Sequence record: OZ335964.1
Strand: one strand, 5' to 3'
Source of the DNA: a phage
DNA: 64,000 bases
Shown here: positions 9,202-17,186 of the stretch, piece after piece
How positions within the stretch are numbered: the stretch's first letter is position 1
Layout of the letters: every line of letters begins with the position of its first letter
Program-made: the position numbers and the translations under genes
Notes under the pieces: generated by a model
Database searches by the model: none
The model's input: the letters and a program-made list of their open reading frames with translations, nothing else
Told to the model about the DNA's origin: nothing

Positions 9202-9234
9202 TTTTGATTCTCCAGTTCGTTTCGGTATGGGTGT

Positions 9235-9263
9235 ATTATGCTATGTTCTTACTTTGGTGTCAA
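9235..9263 (-). promoter_or_regulatory. sigma70-type early promoter cassette
   Basis: TTGACA - 17 nt - CATAAT on minus strand, followed by conserved leader and RBS. Confidence 0.5.
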
Positions 9264-9270
9264 CAACTTT

Positions 9271-9540
9271 TTAGATATTTTCAGAAATAAATTTTAAAAC
9301 TTGACGTAAATGTTTCTCATCTTTGATAGTCGCCGGAAGTTCTTCTTTTACTTCCTGTGCAAGATAGATATTTCCGTTCCAAGTGAAAGATCCGTCTTCG
9401 TTTACGCGATAGCTGAACATCCACTCGCAATCATTTTCGATTTCATATACACACAGAAGGGTGTAATCGTTAAAGCTATTGATTTCAAGGTCGAAGCCGT
9501 GACGTTTTGCAAAGTTGGTAGTGGTTTTAGTCAGTGCCAT
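9271..9540 (-). CDS. hypothetical protein
   Basis: 89 aa; shares near-identical leader/RBS with the 8047..8298 gene. Confidence 0.5.
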   Translation of the reverse strand: MALTKTTTNFAKRHGFDLEINSFNDYTLLCVYEIENDCEWMFSYRVNEDGSFTWNGNIYLAQEVKEELPATIKDEKHLRQVLKFISENI

Positions 9541-9580
9541 TGTTTGATTCTCCTAAGTGGTATCTCGTTTCGATGGGTGT

Positions 9581-9609
9581 ATTATGCTATACACAGGATC
9601 TGGTGTCAA
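9581..9609 (-). promoter_or_regulatory. sigma70-type early promoter cassette
   Basis: TTGACA - 17 nt - CATAAT on minus strand. Confidence 0.5.
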
Positions 9610-9633
9610 TGCCTTTTTTAAAAATTTTGGCAA

Positions 9634-9659
9634 TAAAAAAGCCGACACTAAGGTCGGCT
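9634..9659 (-). terminator. rho-independent terminator
   Basis: GCCGAC-ACTAAG-GTCGGC hairpin followed on minus strand by T-run. Confidence 0.6.
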
Positions 9660-9666
9660 AATAAAA

Positions 9667-9975
9667 TCAACGAGATAGATAATCGTTTTGCGCGATCTGG
9701 TCGGCGTATGCTGGTGTTATGTCAATCGCCAACACTTTAACGCGTGCTTTCTTGCGACCTGGGTTTTCTCGTAACCAGTGCTCATGACCGTGCACATTTT
9801 TATATTTTGATGCGGTTTCGAAGGTACGGATCGGACCTGGATAATCTGCGTAAAGGATCTCTAGGTCTTCGGTGATGTAAAAATATACATCATAATTACT
9901 GTTCTCTAGTTTAAGCAGAGAATTGCGAAATTGTGGTAAATTCTCGCGGGTAAATTCAACTACAAGATTTTTCAT
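9667..9975 (-). CDS. HxHW/AVDV paralogue family member 1
   Basis: 102 aa from MKNLVVEF (RBS GAGGA upstream); track ORF's 49-aa extension runs through a terminator hairpin; motifs YFYITEDLEI, HGHEHW, VLAIDI. Confidence 0.55.
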   Translation of the reverse strand: MKNLVVEFTRENLPQFRNSLLKLENSNYDVYFYITEDLEILYADYPGPIRTFETASKYKNVHGHEHWLRENPGRKKARVKVLAIDITPAYADQIAQNDYLSR

Positions 9976-9997
9976 AGTGATATCCTCATTCAGATAG

Positions 9998-10022
9998 ATT
10001 AAAAGGGGCTTAATGCCCCCTA
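9998..10022 (-). terminator. rho-independent terminator
   Basis: AGGGGC-TTAAT-GCCCCT hairpin with minus-strand T-run. Confidence 0.55.
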
Positions 10023-10024
10023 TA

Positions 10025-10312
10025 TTAAAACAGTCCTTCCTGTACACCGTAGTAGAGTTCATCGCTGATAATTTCATTAATGCGACGGTGTGCATATTCC
10101 TGATTTGCGAAGTTGTCAGCAAGTTCTACTTTAGTTTCGCCGTCATGAGTCCATTTAGTGATAACTTTACCATCTGCAAATTTGAAGTTGAACTCTTTAG
10201 CTACCGCATCGCGTACCAGACATGCAAACTTGTTGTTGCGGATTGCATTATCGGTTTCGTGTGCAGCGTGAGCAAATTTGTTAACTTTCAGAGTGATAGT
10301 AATGTATGCCAT
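10025..10312 (-). CDS. hypothetical protein
   Basis: 95 aa ORF with cassette promoter and RBS. Confidence 0.5.
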   Translation of the reverse strand: MAYITITLKVNKFAHAAHETDNAIRNNKFACLVRDAVAKEFNFKFADGKVITKWTHDGETKVELADNFANQEYAHRRINEIISDELYYGVQEGLF

Positions 10313-10358
10313 AATTTGATTCTCCTAGTTAGAAAGTGTATCTCGTTTCGATGGGTGT

Positions 10359-10387
10359 ATTATGCTATACACCCGATCCGGTGTCAA
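10359..10387 (-). promoter_or_regulatory. sigma70-type early promoter cassette
   Basis: TTGACA - 17 nt - CATAAT on minus strand. Confidence 0.5.
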
Positions 10388-10394
10388 CAACTTT

Positions 10395-10688
10395 TTATAA
10401 AATAATTTTTTGATATTTTTCTATGATGTTCGTGTAATTCACATCAACCGCTATCACCGTTGCTTCGAATCCACCGTTTAGCCAATGGCTATGGTCATGA
10501 TCGTGAAAGAAACCAAGACCAGTGCGAAGACCTTCTTTATATTCGGCGCGTACATTTAGAGAATCGTCGATAAACAGATAAAACCATGAATTTTTACTAG
10601 GATTGATGATACAACCTTTCAGATTAGGGAGAATATCACGACTAAGAATAAACTTATCACCTACTTTGAACATAATATTAGTCCTCAC
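10395..10688 (-). CDS. HxHW/AVDV paralogue family member 2
   Basis: 97 aa; FYLFIDDSLNV, HDHDHSHW, VIAVDV. Confidence 0.55.
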   Translation of the reverse strand: MRTNIMFKVGDKFILSRDILPNLKGCIINPSKNSWFYLFIDDSLNVRAEYKEGLRTGLGFFHDHDHSHWLNGGFEATVIAVDVNYTNIIEKYQKIIL

Positions 10689-10998
10689 TTATAAGGTCAA
10701 ACCAATTGTTTTTCGCATAATGCTTAATGCGTGCTTGATCTGCTTCCGCTGGTGATAGATTCCATGCAACCACTACAACTTCTGACGCATCGTCATCCGT
10801 TTCTGATACCCAATGATTGTGATTCATACAGTTATTTGCGATCGAGTGAGCAAATGATTTCATCACTGGAGACGTATAATCATAGTAACGGATTTTCAGA
10901 TTTTCATCAACGTACAAATAGATCGTATAAGGTTTATATTCAGTAACCAGTAACAGACAGTTACGCAATTCTGGGAAAATATTTTTAGTTAATTTCAT
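10678..10998 (-). CDS. HxHW/AVDV paralogue family member 3
   Basis: 106 aa; IYLYVDENLKI, NHNHW, VVVVAW; N-terminus similar to member 1. Confidence 0.55.
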   Translation of the reverse strand: MKLTKNIFPELRNCLLLVTEYKPYTIYLYVDENLKIRYYDYTSPVMKSFAHSIANNCMNHNHWVSETDDDASEVVVVAWNLSPAEADQARIKHYAKNNWFDLISED

Positions 10999-11200
10999 AT
11001 TCTAGTTCTCCGTAATATACGGTAATCCATTTTTCTTCATACTTTGTATCTTTCCAACACACAATCCCGTTTACTGTGCAATCTTTGGAATTGACGAATG
11101 ATTCATATTGTTCTGCATCTTCCATCATTGCATGAGCGGTCTTTTCATCGAATATATCGCAGATCGCTTTATATGCTCGATAATCTTTAAATTTGCTCAT
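10985..11200 (-). CDS. hypothetical small protein, tandem duplicate A
   Basis: Starts MSKFKDYRAYK (track ORF has 4 extra codons); paralogue of adjacent 11203..11412 (MSKFKDYKAY...MMEDA). Confidence 0.5.
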   Translation of the reverse strand: MSKFKDYRAYKAICDIFDEKTAHAMMEDAEQYESFVNSKDCTVNGIVCWKDTKYEEKWITVYYGELEYEIN

Positions 11201-11202
11201 AA

Positions 11203-11412
11203 TTAAGACCACTCAAGAGTTTTTGAAAACACATCTATCCATTGTTGAGTATATGCGGTTTCTTTCCATGATACAATACCAGTCGAATAATGGTTTTTGT
11301 TTCCAGAAAAGGACGGGCATTTTGATGCATCTTCCATCATCTTTTCGGCGAACTCCGCGTCATATACCCGCAGGATCTGTTGATATGCTTTATAATCTTT
11401 AAATTTGCTCAT
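11203..11412 (-). CDS. hypothetical small protein, tandem duplicate B
   Basis: 69 aa; paralogue of 10985..11200. Confidence 0.5.
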   Translation of the reverse strand: MSKFKDYKAYQQILRVYDAEFAEKMMEDASKCPSFSGNKNHYSTGIVSWKETAYTQQWIDVFSKTLEWS

Positions 11413-11677
11413 AATTGTTAACTACCTTATCAGCTTCTTTTATTGTTTTTACATCAACTGCGATAATCCGTAAAGGTTCGTCGAAGGTCCACCAATGATC
11501 GTGAATATCGGCTTGTGATTTATCACCAAAGGAATCACGAATATCATTTTTACATTTATAGCTAATGTGACCTTCATAGTCAACATAAAGGTAATTATCG
11601 AAAATCGGCGTTTTTAAGATCATACCGAAAAATCTTTCTTTGTGTGTCTTATCCAGTGTTGCAGTAATTCGCATCAT
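11399..11677 (-). CDS. HxHW/AVDV paralogue family member 4
   Basis: 92 aa; LYVDYEGHISY, HDHW, IIAVDV. Confidence 0.55.
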   Translation of the reverse strand: MMRITATLDKTHKERFFGMILKTPIFDNYLYVDYEGHISYKCKNDIRDSFGDKSQADIHDHWWTFDEPLRIIAVDVKTIKEADKVVNNYEQI

Positions 11678-11689
11678 AATATATTCCTC

Positions 11690-11869
11690 TTAGAAAGGGA
11701 TGGTCATTTCTTGAGCTTGTACATTCTCGTTAGGATTAAACTTCATCCAACCGATATTGTCTACCAGCATATGTACATTTTTATCATATCCTACGTGAGT
11801 AGTCAACACTAAATGTGCTTTACCTTCAACGATGATTTCCATGTACTTCTGAACTTCGATAGCTTTCAT
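11690..11869 (-). CDS. small ORF (59 aa), below track threshold
   Basis: Hand-translated MKAIEVQKYMEIIVEGKAHLVLTTHVGYDKNVHMLVDNIGWMKFNPNENVQAQEMTIPF; RBS GGAGAATCAAAA and promoter cassette directly upstream. Confidence 0.4.
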   Translation of the reverse strand: MKAIEVQKYMEIIVEGKAHLVLTTHVGYDKNVHMLVDNIGWMKFNPNENVQAQEMTIPF

Positions 11870-11902
11870 TTTTGATTCTCCGTTTGTTGTCTTGATGGGA
11901 GT

Positions 11903-11931
11903 ATCTTACTACTCCCTTTAATCATTGTCAA
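11903..11931 (-). promoter_or_regulatory. early promoter cassette
   Basis: TTGACA - 17 nt - TAAGAT; -10 inside GGGAGTA..TACTCCC hairpin. Confidence 0.5.
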
Positions 11932-11934
11932 CTA

Positions 11935-12102
11935 TTATTTGTTAATTTCTGGTGCGTTGCTCGGATAGTAACCTTCTTTAACACCTAGATATTTTGCAAC
12001 CATTCCGGGGATCTTCTGTGCTACTACGATATCGAATTTCAGGTAGTCTTCACCGTGGTTTGCTACAATGTATGCTTCGCATTCTGCTTTAGTCTGGAAC
12101 AT
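11935..12102 (-). CDS. hypothetical small protein
   Basis: 55 aa from MFQTK with RBS AGGAGAATAAAA; track ORF's extension uses a GTG that overlaps the promoter -10 TATAAT. Confidence 0.45.
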   Translation of the reverse strand: MFQTKAECEAYIVANHGEDYLKFDIVVAQKIPGMVAKYLGVKEGYYPSNAPEINK

Positions 12103-12135
12103 TTTTATTCTCCTATATCTCGTTGGTATGTGTGC

Positions 12136-12164
12136 ATTATAGGGGATCACCGATCCCCTGTCAA
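12136..12164 (-). promoter_or_regulatory. sigma70-type early promoter cassette
   Basis: TTGACA - 17 nt palindromic spacer GGGGATCGGTGATCCCC - TATAAT on minus strand. Confidence 0.6.
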
Positions 12165-12169
12165 CAACT

Positions 12170-12463
12170 TTATAATGCTTTATATGCGTATTTCATAAAT
12201 TTGTCTGCCACTTCATTGGCATGTTCAGATTCTACGCCTGATTCGAGAACAATAGCTAGGTCGGTTTCGTCATTCCCGCCGTACCAATGATTTGATGTTC
12301 GATTTTTTTCAATTGGAAATTGGTCACTTTTATCTGTGCGACAAAATACATCTAAATGCTCGTCGATGTAAAAGATCCAATCCTCATAAAGAATAACGGT
12401 ATTAGCCAGATTTTTATTACCTTCAACGAAAGGTTCGGCTACAAACAAATTAGTATGTTCCAT
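12170..12463 (-). CDS. HxHW/AVDV paralogue family member 5
   Basis: 97 aa; IFYIDEHLDV, SNHW, LAIVLE. Confidence 0.5.
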   Translation of the reverse strand: MEHTNLFVAEPFVEGNKNLANTVILYEDWIFYIDEHLDVFCRTDKSDQFPIEKNRTSNHWYGGNDETDLAIVLESGVESEHANEVADKFMKYAYKAL

Positions 12464-12520
12464 AGTATTTTCCTCAATTTGTGGGAGAGTATTGCCCCTC
12501 CCGATGATTGTTATATTATA

Positions 12521-12841
12521 TCACACAAAATGGCGTGTCAATGCTTCTTTTGCGGTTCCGCTAAGACTTTCGATCTCGCCTGGCATAACATCAACTGCCA
12601 GAACTTCTACAACATCCTCTGATCCTAACCAGTGAGTATGACCTTTGTAGAACTTGATAACCAGACTACCTTCCTCGTCCCATTTAACGCTATCGCTAGC
12701 CCACCACACATCACCGTCGATAAAGTTGATGTAAAGCACACTACGCCACATTGAATTAATTACTTTCAATACTGCGCCTTTCATCTCTTCCACGGTGTGG
12801 TCTTCCATTTTGAAGACCTCACCTACCTGAACTTTTGCCAT
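12521..12841 (-). CDS. HxHW/AVDV paralogue family member 6
   Basis: 106 aa; LYINFIDGDV, HTHW, VLAVDV. Confidence 0.55.
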   Translation of the reverse strand: MAKVQVGEVFKMEDHTVEEMKGAVLKVINSMWRSVLYINFIDGDVWWASDSVKWDEEGSLVIKFYKGHTHWLGSEDVVEVLAVDVMPGEIESLSGTAKEALTRHFV

Positions 12842-12858
12842 TTAGTCACCTCTCTTTA

Positions 12859-13038
12859 TTACATAACAATCACGCCAGCCGTTGAAAGTTGATGTTTCAA
12901 CTGAGCATTTTCTGCTACTGTCAAATCAATGATTTCTTGTGACGCTGCAATCATATAACCATTGGTGATATTGTTTTGCATCAGTTCAATGGTTTCTTCG
13001 TTGTAGCGGATTTTAGCGATGATTTCGTTGAAGTTCAT
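12859..13038 (-). CDS. small ORF (59 aa), below track threshold
   Basis: Hand-translated MNFNEIIAKIRYNEETIELMQNNITNGYMIAASQEIIDLTVAENAQLKHQLSTAGVIVM; RBS and promoter cassette upstream. Confidence 0.4.
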   Translation of the reverse strand: MNFNEIIAKIRYNEETIELMQNNITNGYMIAASQEIIDLTVAENAQLKHQLSTAGVIVM

Positions 13039-13072
13039 GTTTGATTCTCCTAGTTCGTTTCGGTATGTGTGT

Positions 13073-13101
13073 AGTATAGGGGATCACCGATCCCCTGTCA
13101 A
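13073..13101 (-). promoter_or_regulatory. sigma70-type early promoter cassette
   Basis: TTGACA - 17 nt palindromic spacer GGGGATCGGTGATCCCC - TATACT. Confidence 0.55.
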
Positions 13102-13114
13102 CAACTTTTTTGAA

Positions 13115-13591
13115 TTATTTTTCTTGATGCTCGCGCTCGTACTTTTCGAAATAAAATTCTACTGGCTGGTCGTGGATTGACAGTAAGCCAAAGCGTTTAG
13201 CCGCTCGCAACCCCATATTGCGCTGAATGTACTTCTGGAAGTTCTCGCGTATACACTTACGCCAGTATTCTAAGCCCATACAGCTTTTATAAAGATTGCA
13301 TTGCACACACGCCGGATTCATGTTATCAAGTATATCATGCTCCGGTTTATGCATTCCTACAACCTTATACTTCCACGATCCATCATCATTACGGGCAATT
13401 CGTCCATTTTCATCATAGACTACTTTTGAGCGTCGTAATACTGGTTTGATGTGGTCTGCGTGCCAGCGATCCCCTAGTTCCTCGCCACAATAGGCACAAT
13501 GTCCACCATATTTCATTTTCAGGATCTGGCGTTGCTCTTTCTTTGACAATTTTTTAGGTTTAGGGGCTTTCGCCCCTTCATTATCACACAT
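13115..13591 (-). CDS. HNH-motif zinc-finger endonuclease-like protein
   Basis: 158 aa; CAYCG ... HADHIKP ... N ... CVQCN: canonical HNH Cys/His pattern; stop coupled to ligase start. Confidence 0.55.
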   Translation of the reverse strand: MCDNEGAKAPKPKKLSKKEQRQILKMKYGGHCAYCGEELGDRWHADHIKPVLRRSKVVYDENGRIARNDDGSWKYKVVGMHKPEHDILDNMNPACVQCNLYKSCMGLEYWRKCIRENFQKYIQRNMGLRAAKRFGLLSIHDQPVEFYFEKYEREHQEK

Positions 13592-15086
13592 CGAATACCT
13601 CTTTTACTGTATTTGCAGTGGTCTTGTCGTAGCGAATACGTTTGATGATCGGGAGAAATAAAGAGAACTCCGGTTCATCTTCTTTACGTGATTTGCTGCG
13701 GATATACCCGTTGCATGTCATCTCAATGACTTTTCCAATCAGGTTATGACGGTCAGCCCATAACATTTCTCGGTCAAGTTCATTTCGACGATCGAACGGA
13801 ATTACACGTTCGATACCATCATCACCTTTTTCGGTTGTAGTGTCGGTTAATCCCGATCCGGTGTTAGTCATCATTCGTCCACACGCACTACGGACAGTAA
13901 AACCGCCTACCTTATTGGGGTCTTTACTATGCGGATATACATCAACAATTTCCGCGTCGAAGTCAATCACTTCTTTAAATTTAACCTGATCTTTACTACG
14001 GCGATCTTCAAATACACCATGCAGATTTTTAAGGATAATACCTTCTAAGCCCATGTTTACATAGCGATGATATACTTCGCGAGCTTCATCGATATTGTTA
14101 ACTACAGTATTTTCGATTATCTGAACACGAGGATCGTTAAGTTCTTCAACAATCTGTTTTAGTTCTTCGAATCGATCTTTATATTGCTTCGTTGCTTTCT
14201 CGTTTCCGTAATACACATCACGGTCGATAACATCCCAGACAGTGTAAACAATACATTGGGCTTCTTCTTTTGGAATAGTTCCTTTCAGTGATTTGTTGAG
14301 GATACCATTTCCGGTCTGACGATCTGCAACAACGGATTCTTTTACTGCTTCCGCTACTGGCGTTAATGGTATTTCCTCTTCTTCAAATATCCATGACAGA
14401 GTACCATCATAAACGCTCTCAACGAAGTTCTGCGCTGGTGTTTGCGAAAGGGTAGGCATATATACCAATTCGCCATCTAGAACAATTCCACGGCCTCGTA
14501 GACGCTCTAAAACAGAAAACAAATCATCCAGCCCCTGGTAGGTATTACCTGAACGGGTATATATTGCTAATGTTTCCCCGTCAATATCAGCCATACCACG
14601 AGCGCCATCACTTTTAAGTTGTGCATATGCCGGATATTTGATATTAGCAATAGCCTTATCAGAATATGACGATGCAAGGTGGCATGGTTGCTGGGGGATC
14701 AGTTTCTTCCATACCTTGTTTGAAGTGGTAGCGGAACAACCGCATTCCAGATCACGATTCAGGACCATCATTGCAACTTTAGCATCATCTTCTGACAAGC
14801 AAGTCAGAGTATCGGTAACTAGCTGTAATGCTGCATTACCAGTTACTTGACGCGTGGCAAGTTTATTTTTAAAGACCTGCAATGCACCGGATAAAGACAA
14901 TACAGACGAATAGCGCGATGGTTTATCGTATTTCTTTACGCCAAACGTAACCTGTTTGCAATATGCCAGATAAAAGCATTCTTTCAGCGTTTCATTGCTT
15001 GCAGATTCTTTCAGGATCTTTTCTTTCAGCGATGTTTTGTCGGTCGCTGCAAGCTGGTTAATGATATTAAGAATTGACATTTTCAC
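13584..15086 (-). CDS. 30: ATP-dependent DNA ligase
   Basis: 500 aa (T4 gp30 487 aa); adenylation motif I KSDGARG; synteny alt...30...31. Confidence 0.9.
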   Translation of the reverse strand: MKMSILNIINQLAATDKTSLKEKILKESASNETLKECFYLAYCKQVTFGVKKYDKPSRYSSVLSLSGALQVFKNKLATRQVTGNAALQLVTDTLTCLSEDDAKVAMMVLNRDLECGCSATTSNKVWKKLIPQQPCHLASSYSDKAIANIKYPAYAQLKSDGARGMADIDGETLAIYTRSGNTYQGLDDLFSVLERLRGRGIVLDGELVYMPTLSQTPAQNFVESVYDGTLSWIFEEEEIPLTPVAEAVKESVVADRQTGNGILNKSLKGTIPKEEAQCIVYTVWDVIDRDVYYGNEKATKQYKDRFEELKQIVEELNDPRVQIIENTVVNNIDEAREVYHRYVNMGLEGIILKNLHGVFEDRRSKDQVKFKEVIDFDAEIVDVYPHSKDPNKVGGFTVRSACGRMMTNTGSGLTDTTTEKGDDGIERVIPFDRRNELDREMLWADRHNLIGKVIEMTCNGYIRSKSRKEDEPEFSLFLPIIKRIRYDKTTANTVKEVFDV

Positions 15087-15546
15087 CTCGTTTTGTTAAA
15101 CGTTCACGAATATCATTGAGGATACTACAAAATTCCGATTCGGTCAATATGGTCTTTAACGGATCAGTTCCACCTATGCTATGACGCAATTTCTTATTTC
15201 CGGTAGCGAGTAATGCTTTACAAAATTCTGGGTTATTCCGTGCCATCGTAACAAATGCCAGATGCACCAGTCTGTAATAATGCTCACTCATTCTATGAAT
15301 CGGGCGACCCTGAAAATATAGCATGTGATTCTCTATCTTTTCAGCCCTTCCGGTTCTTTTTGCTTTGCCACCGTGCATCAAAAAGATTTCTCTTTGTCTC
15401 TGAGGGTTCTTAAATCTTAGCCCCTGTAAAAATCCTTCTGTGCTGTTAATATCGCAACCAAATAGACGGAATGGTCTTTTATTGAAATTACTCAATTCAC
15501 CCGATGGATAAGGTCCACCCGCATAGATATCAATTTCAGAAGTCAT
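15067..15546 (-). CDS. NADAR/YbiA-like (DUF1768) domain protein
   Basis: 159 aa; GELSNFNKRPFRLFGCDINSTEGFLQGLRF parallels E. coli YbiA GDFSNFAAWPIKVDGKTWPTSEHYFQAQKF; C-terminal ALLATG also shared. Confidence 0.6.
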   Translation of the reverse strand: MTSEIDIYAGGPYPSGELSNFNKRPFRLFGCDINSTEGFLQGLRFKNPQRQREIFLMHGGKAKRTGRAEKIENHMLYFQGRPIHRMSEHYYRLVHLAFVTMARNNPEFCKALLATGNKKLRHSIGGTDPLKTILTESEFCSILNDIRERLTKRGENVNS

Positions 15547-15700
15547 TGAAACTAATCTCGCTAATCATAGAGAACGGATCATAATCGTCATGAGGAATAT
15601 CGATAGTAATCGAATGAGGATTTACCCATACACCAAACTGGTCTTCTTCGGTGAATACTTCGGTATGGATTTCGTGGATGTTTACATTCATAGTTTTCAT
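15536..15700 (-). CDS. small ORF (54 aa), below track threshold
   Basis: Hand-translated MKTMNVNIHEIHTEVFTEEDQFGVWVNPHSITIDIPHDDYDPFSMISEISFNDF; stop overlaps start of NADAR gene; RBS AAGGAA upstream. Confidence 0.35.
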   Translation of the reverse strand: MKTMNVNIHEIHTEVFTEEDQFGVWVNPHSITIDIPHDDYDPFSMISEISFNDF

Positions 15701-15743
15701 AATAAAATTCCTTAATAATCAATAACTTACAAAATCATATAGC

Positions 15744-15772
15744 CAAAATATAGGCGGGATTATTTCCCGCCG
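15744..15772 (-). terminator. rho-independent terminator after gene 31
   Basis: GGCGGGA-TTATTT-CCCGCC hairpin with minus-strand T-run. Confidence 0.6.
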
Positions 15773-15782
15773 TTTAAAATCA

Positions 15783-16106
15783 TTAACCGTAAACTACCAC
15801 AATATTCTGTTTGTGCGTTACAGTCCATTTCAGGTCGATCTCTTCTTCCTTCTTAACGCCGTTAATAACGTCTGGATGAGGAACTTTATTCATCTTGCCA
15901 TGTGGCAGTAGAACAATTTTACCCAGCAATTCTTTATCTACAGTTTCACCAATATCAATAATCTTACCTACCAGCGGAATCTCGCCCATAGTGCGCTTTT
16001 GCTCAATAATGATCCCCATAGAGCTTTTTACTTCGGTCCCTGCGCTTTCTGCTTTAGCTTCGATAATTACATAATCACCAAGTGCTTTAGGAGTTTTAAC
16101 GGTCAT
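15783..16106 (-). CDS. 31: GroES-like co-chaperonin gp31
   Basis: 107 aa; resembles T4 gp31 (GEYVI..., NVPHP mobile-loop region); synteny 30-31-cd. Confidence 0.7.
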   Translation of the reverse strand: MTVKTPKALGDYVIIEAKAESAGTEVKSSMGIIIEQKRTMGEIPLVGKIIDIGETVDKELLGKIVLLPHGKMNKVPHPDVINGVKKEEEIDLKWTVTHKQNIVVVYG

Positions 16107-16147
16107 AATTTTATTACCTCTTCAAATCAATACAGTTTAATGATGAA

Positions 16148-16468
16148 TTATTTATAAATTTCGACGATCTGCGCTGGAGTCAGCCCGTCTACATTAATCA
16201 GACTATCAAGCCCAAAACTACGGAAACCTTCAACTGCAATTTCATATACTGGCAAAGATGTTTCTGATTCTTTACGCGGTTTTTCAACATTCGGAACTAA
16301 CCACTTTTCGTATGTTTCAAACGGCATCAGTGCCGGATCTCTCGTAGCGATCATCTCGCGGACAGTACCATCTTTCTTAGTAAACTGCAAAGAGTGAGTA
16401 CCGACCGAAAACATTTTCTTTAGTGCTTCACGAAGTGCGATATTATCAATTTGTTCGGTCATTATCAA
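16148..16468 (-). CDS. hypothetical protein
   Basis: 106 aa ORF between 31 and cd; stop overlaps cd start. Confidence 0.5.
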   Translation of the reverse strand: MIMTEQIDNIALREALKKMFSVGTHSLQFTKKDGTVREMIATRDPALMPFETYEKWLVPNVEKPRKESETSLPVYEIAVEGFRSFGLDSLINVDGLTPAQIVEIYK

Positions 16469-16961
16469 TACCCTTCAAATCAGTCAATAATGCTTTTGGA
16501 ATACGCGTGATCGTAATATCTGCATTATTAAGAATATCAGCCCAATCACGCCCACCATTTCGATCATATGTGTCGCAATAGTATAGATGTTTAATTCCAC
16601 TGTTTGCAATTGCTTTAGCGCAATCTGGACACGGTGAAGCAGTACACCACATACTAGCACCTTCAATCGATACACCGCTACGGGCAGCAAACAAAATAGC
16701 ATTTAATTCAGCATGGATCTCGTTTTTCTGTGACCATGCACTATGTTCTGGTCGTTTTTCTGGGATCATTTTGCCGTCATCATCCAGCCAACCGCTTTTA
16801 TGTGCATGACAGCTACAATTTACTTGCCCTGCTGGAGTGCCGTTAAATCCAGTAGAAATGATTCGCCCGTCTTTTTCAATTAGTGCGCCTACCTTCCACG
16901 AAACGCATTTAGAGTTCTTTGCGATTAGATAGGCGATCTGCATGTAAGTTTGTGACAACAT
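16446..16961 (-). CDS. cd: dCMP deaminase
   Basis: 171 aa; zinc-binding deaminase motifs HAELNAI and CTASPCPDCAKAI. Confidence 0.85.
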   Translation of the reverse strand: MLSQTYMQIAYLIAKNSKCVSWKVGALIEKDGRIISTGFNGTPAGQVNCSCHAHKSGWLDDDGKMIPEKRPEHSAWSQKNEIHAELNAILFAARSGVSIEGASMWCTASPCPDCAKAIANSGIKHLYYCDTYDRNGGRDWADILNNADITITRIPKALLTDLKGIDNDRTN

Positions 16962-16982
16962 AATATAATCCTCACATATTAA

Positions 16983-17186
16983 TTAACCGTATACGCGAAA
17001 GTATTCTACTGTTCCGTCGCTATACTGTTTTACATTGAATGTATTCACGCCATGATCATTGCTCATAATGACATATACACTGCGACGCTCATCACCAAAC
17101 GGGTTAACTGGTGCGGGTTCAATTTCAACATTAAAACCACGTTTAGCAAGTGCTTCGCCTAATTGCTTGAGTTTATCGGTAAACAT
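16983..17186 (-). CDS. hypothetical small protein
   Basis: 67 aa ORF between cd and pseT. Confidence 0.45.
   Translation of the reverse strand: MFTDKLKQLGEALAKRGFNVEIEPAPVNPFGDERRSVYVIMSNDHGVNTFNVKQYSDGTVEYFRVYG

Noticed and set aside
9976-10122. 49-codon N-terminal extension of the 9667 gene in the ORF track
   Set aside because: Extension runs through a terminator hairpin and into the upstream gene; an internal ATG with a good RBS is preferred. Similar extensions were trimmed at 12103..12150, 23732..23794, 46625..46687, 47634..47693 and 58758..58829, where they overlap promoter hexamers.
5899-13110. Repeated palindromic GGGGATC..GATCCCC elements as a possible CRISPR array
   Set aside because: Units are not regularly spaced, are separated by whole genes, and each sits between -35 and -10 promoter hexamers; they are promoter cassettes.
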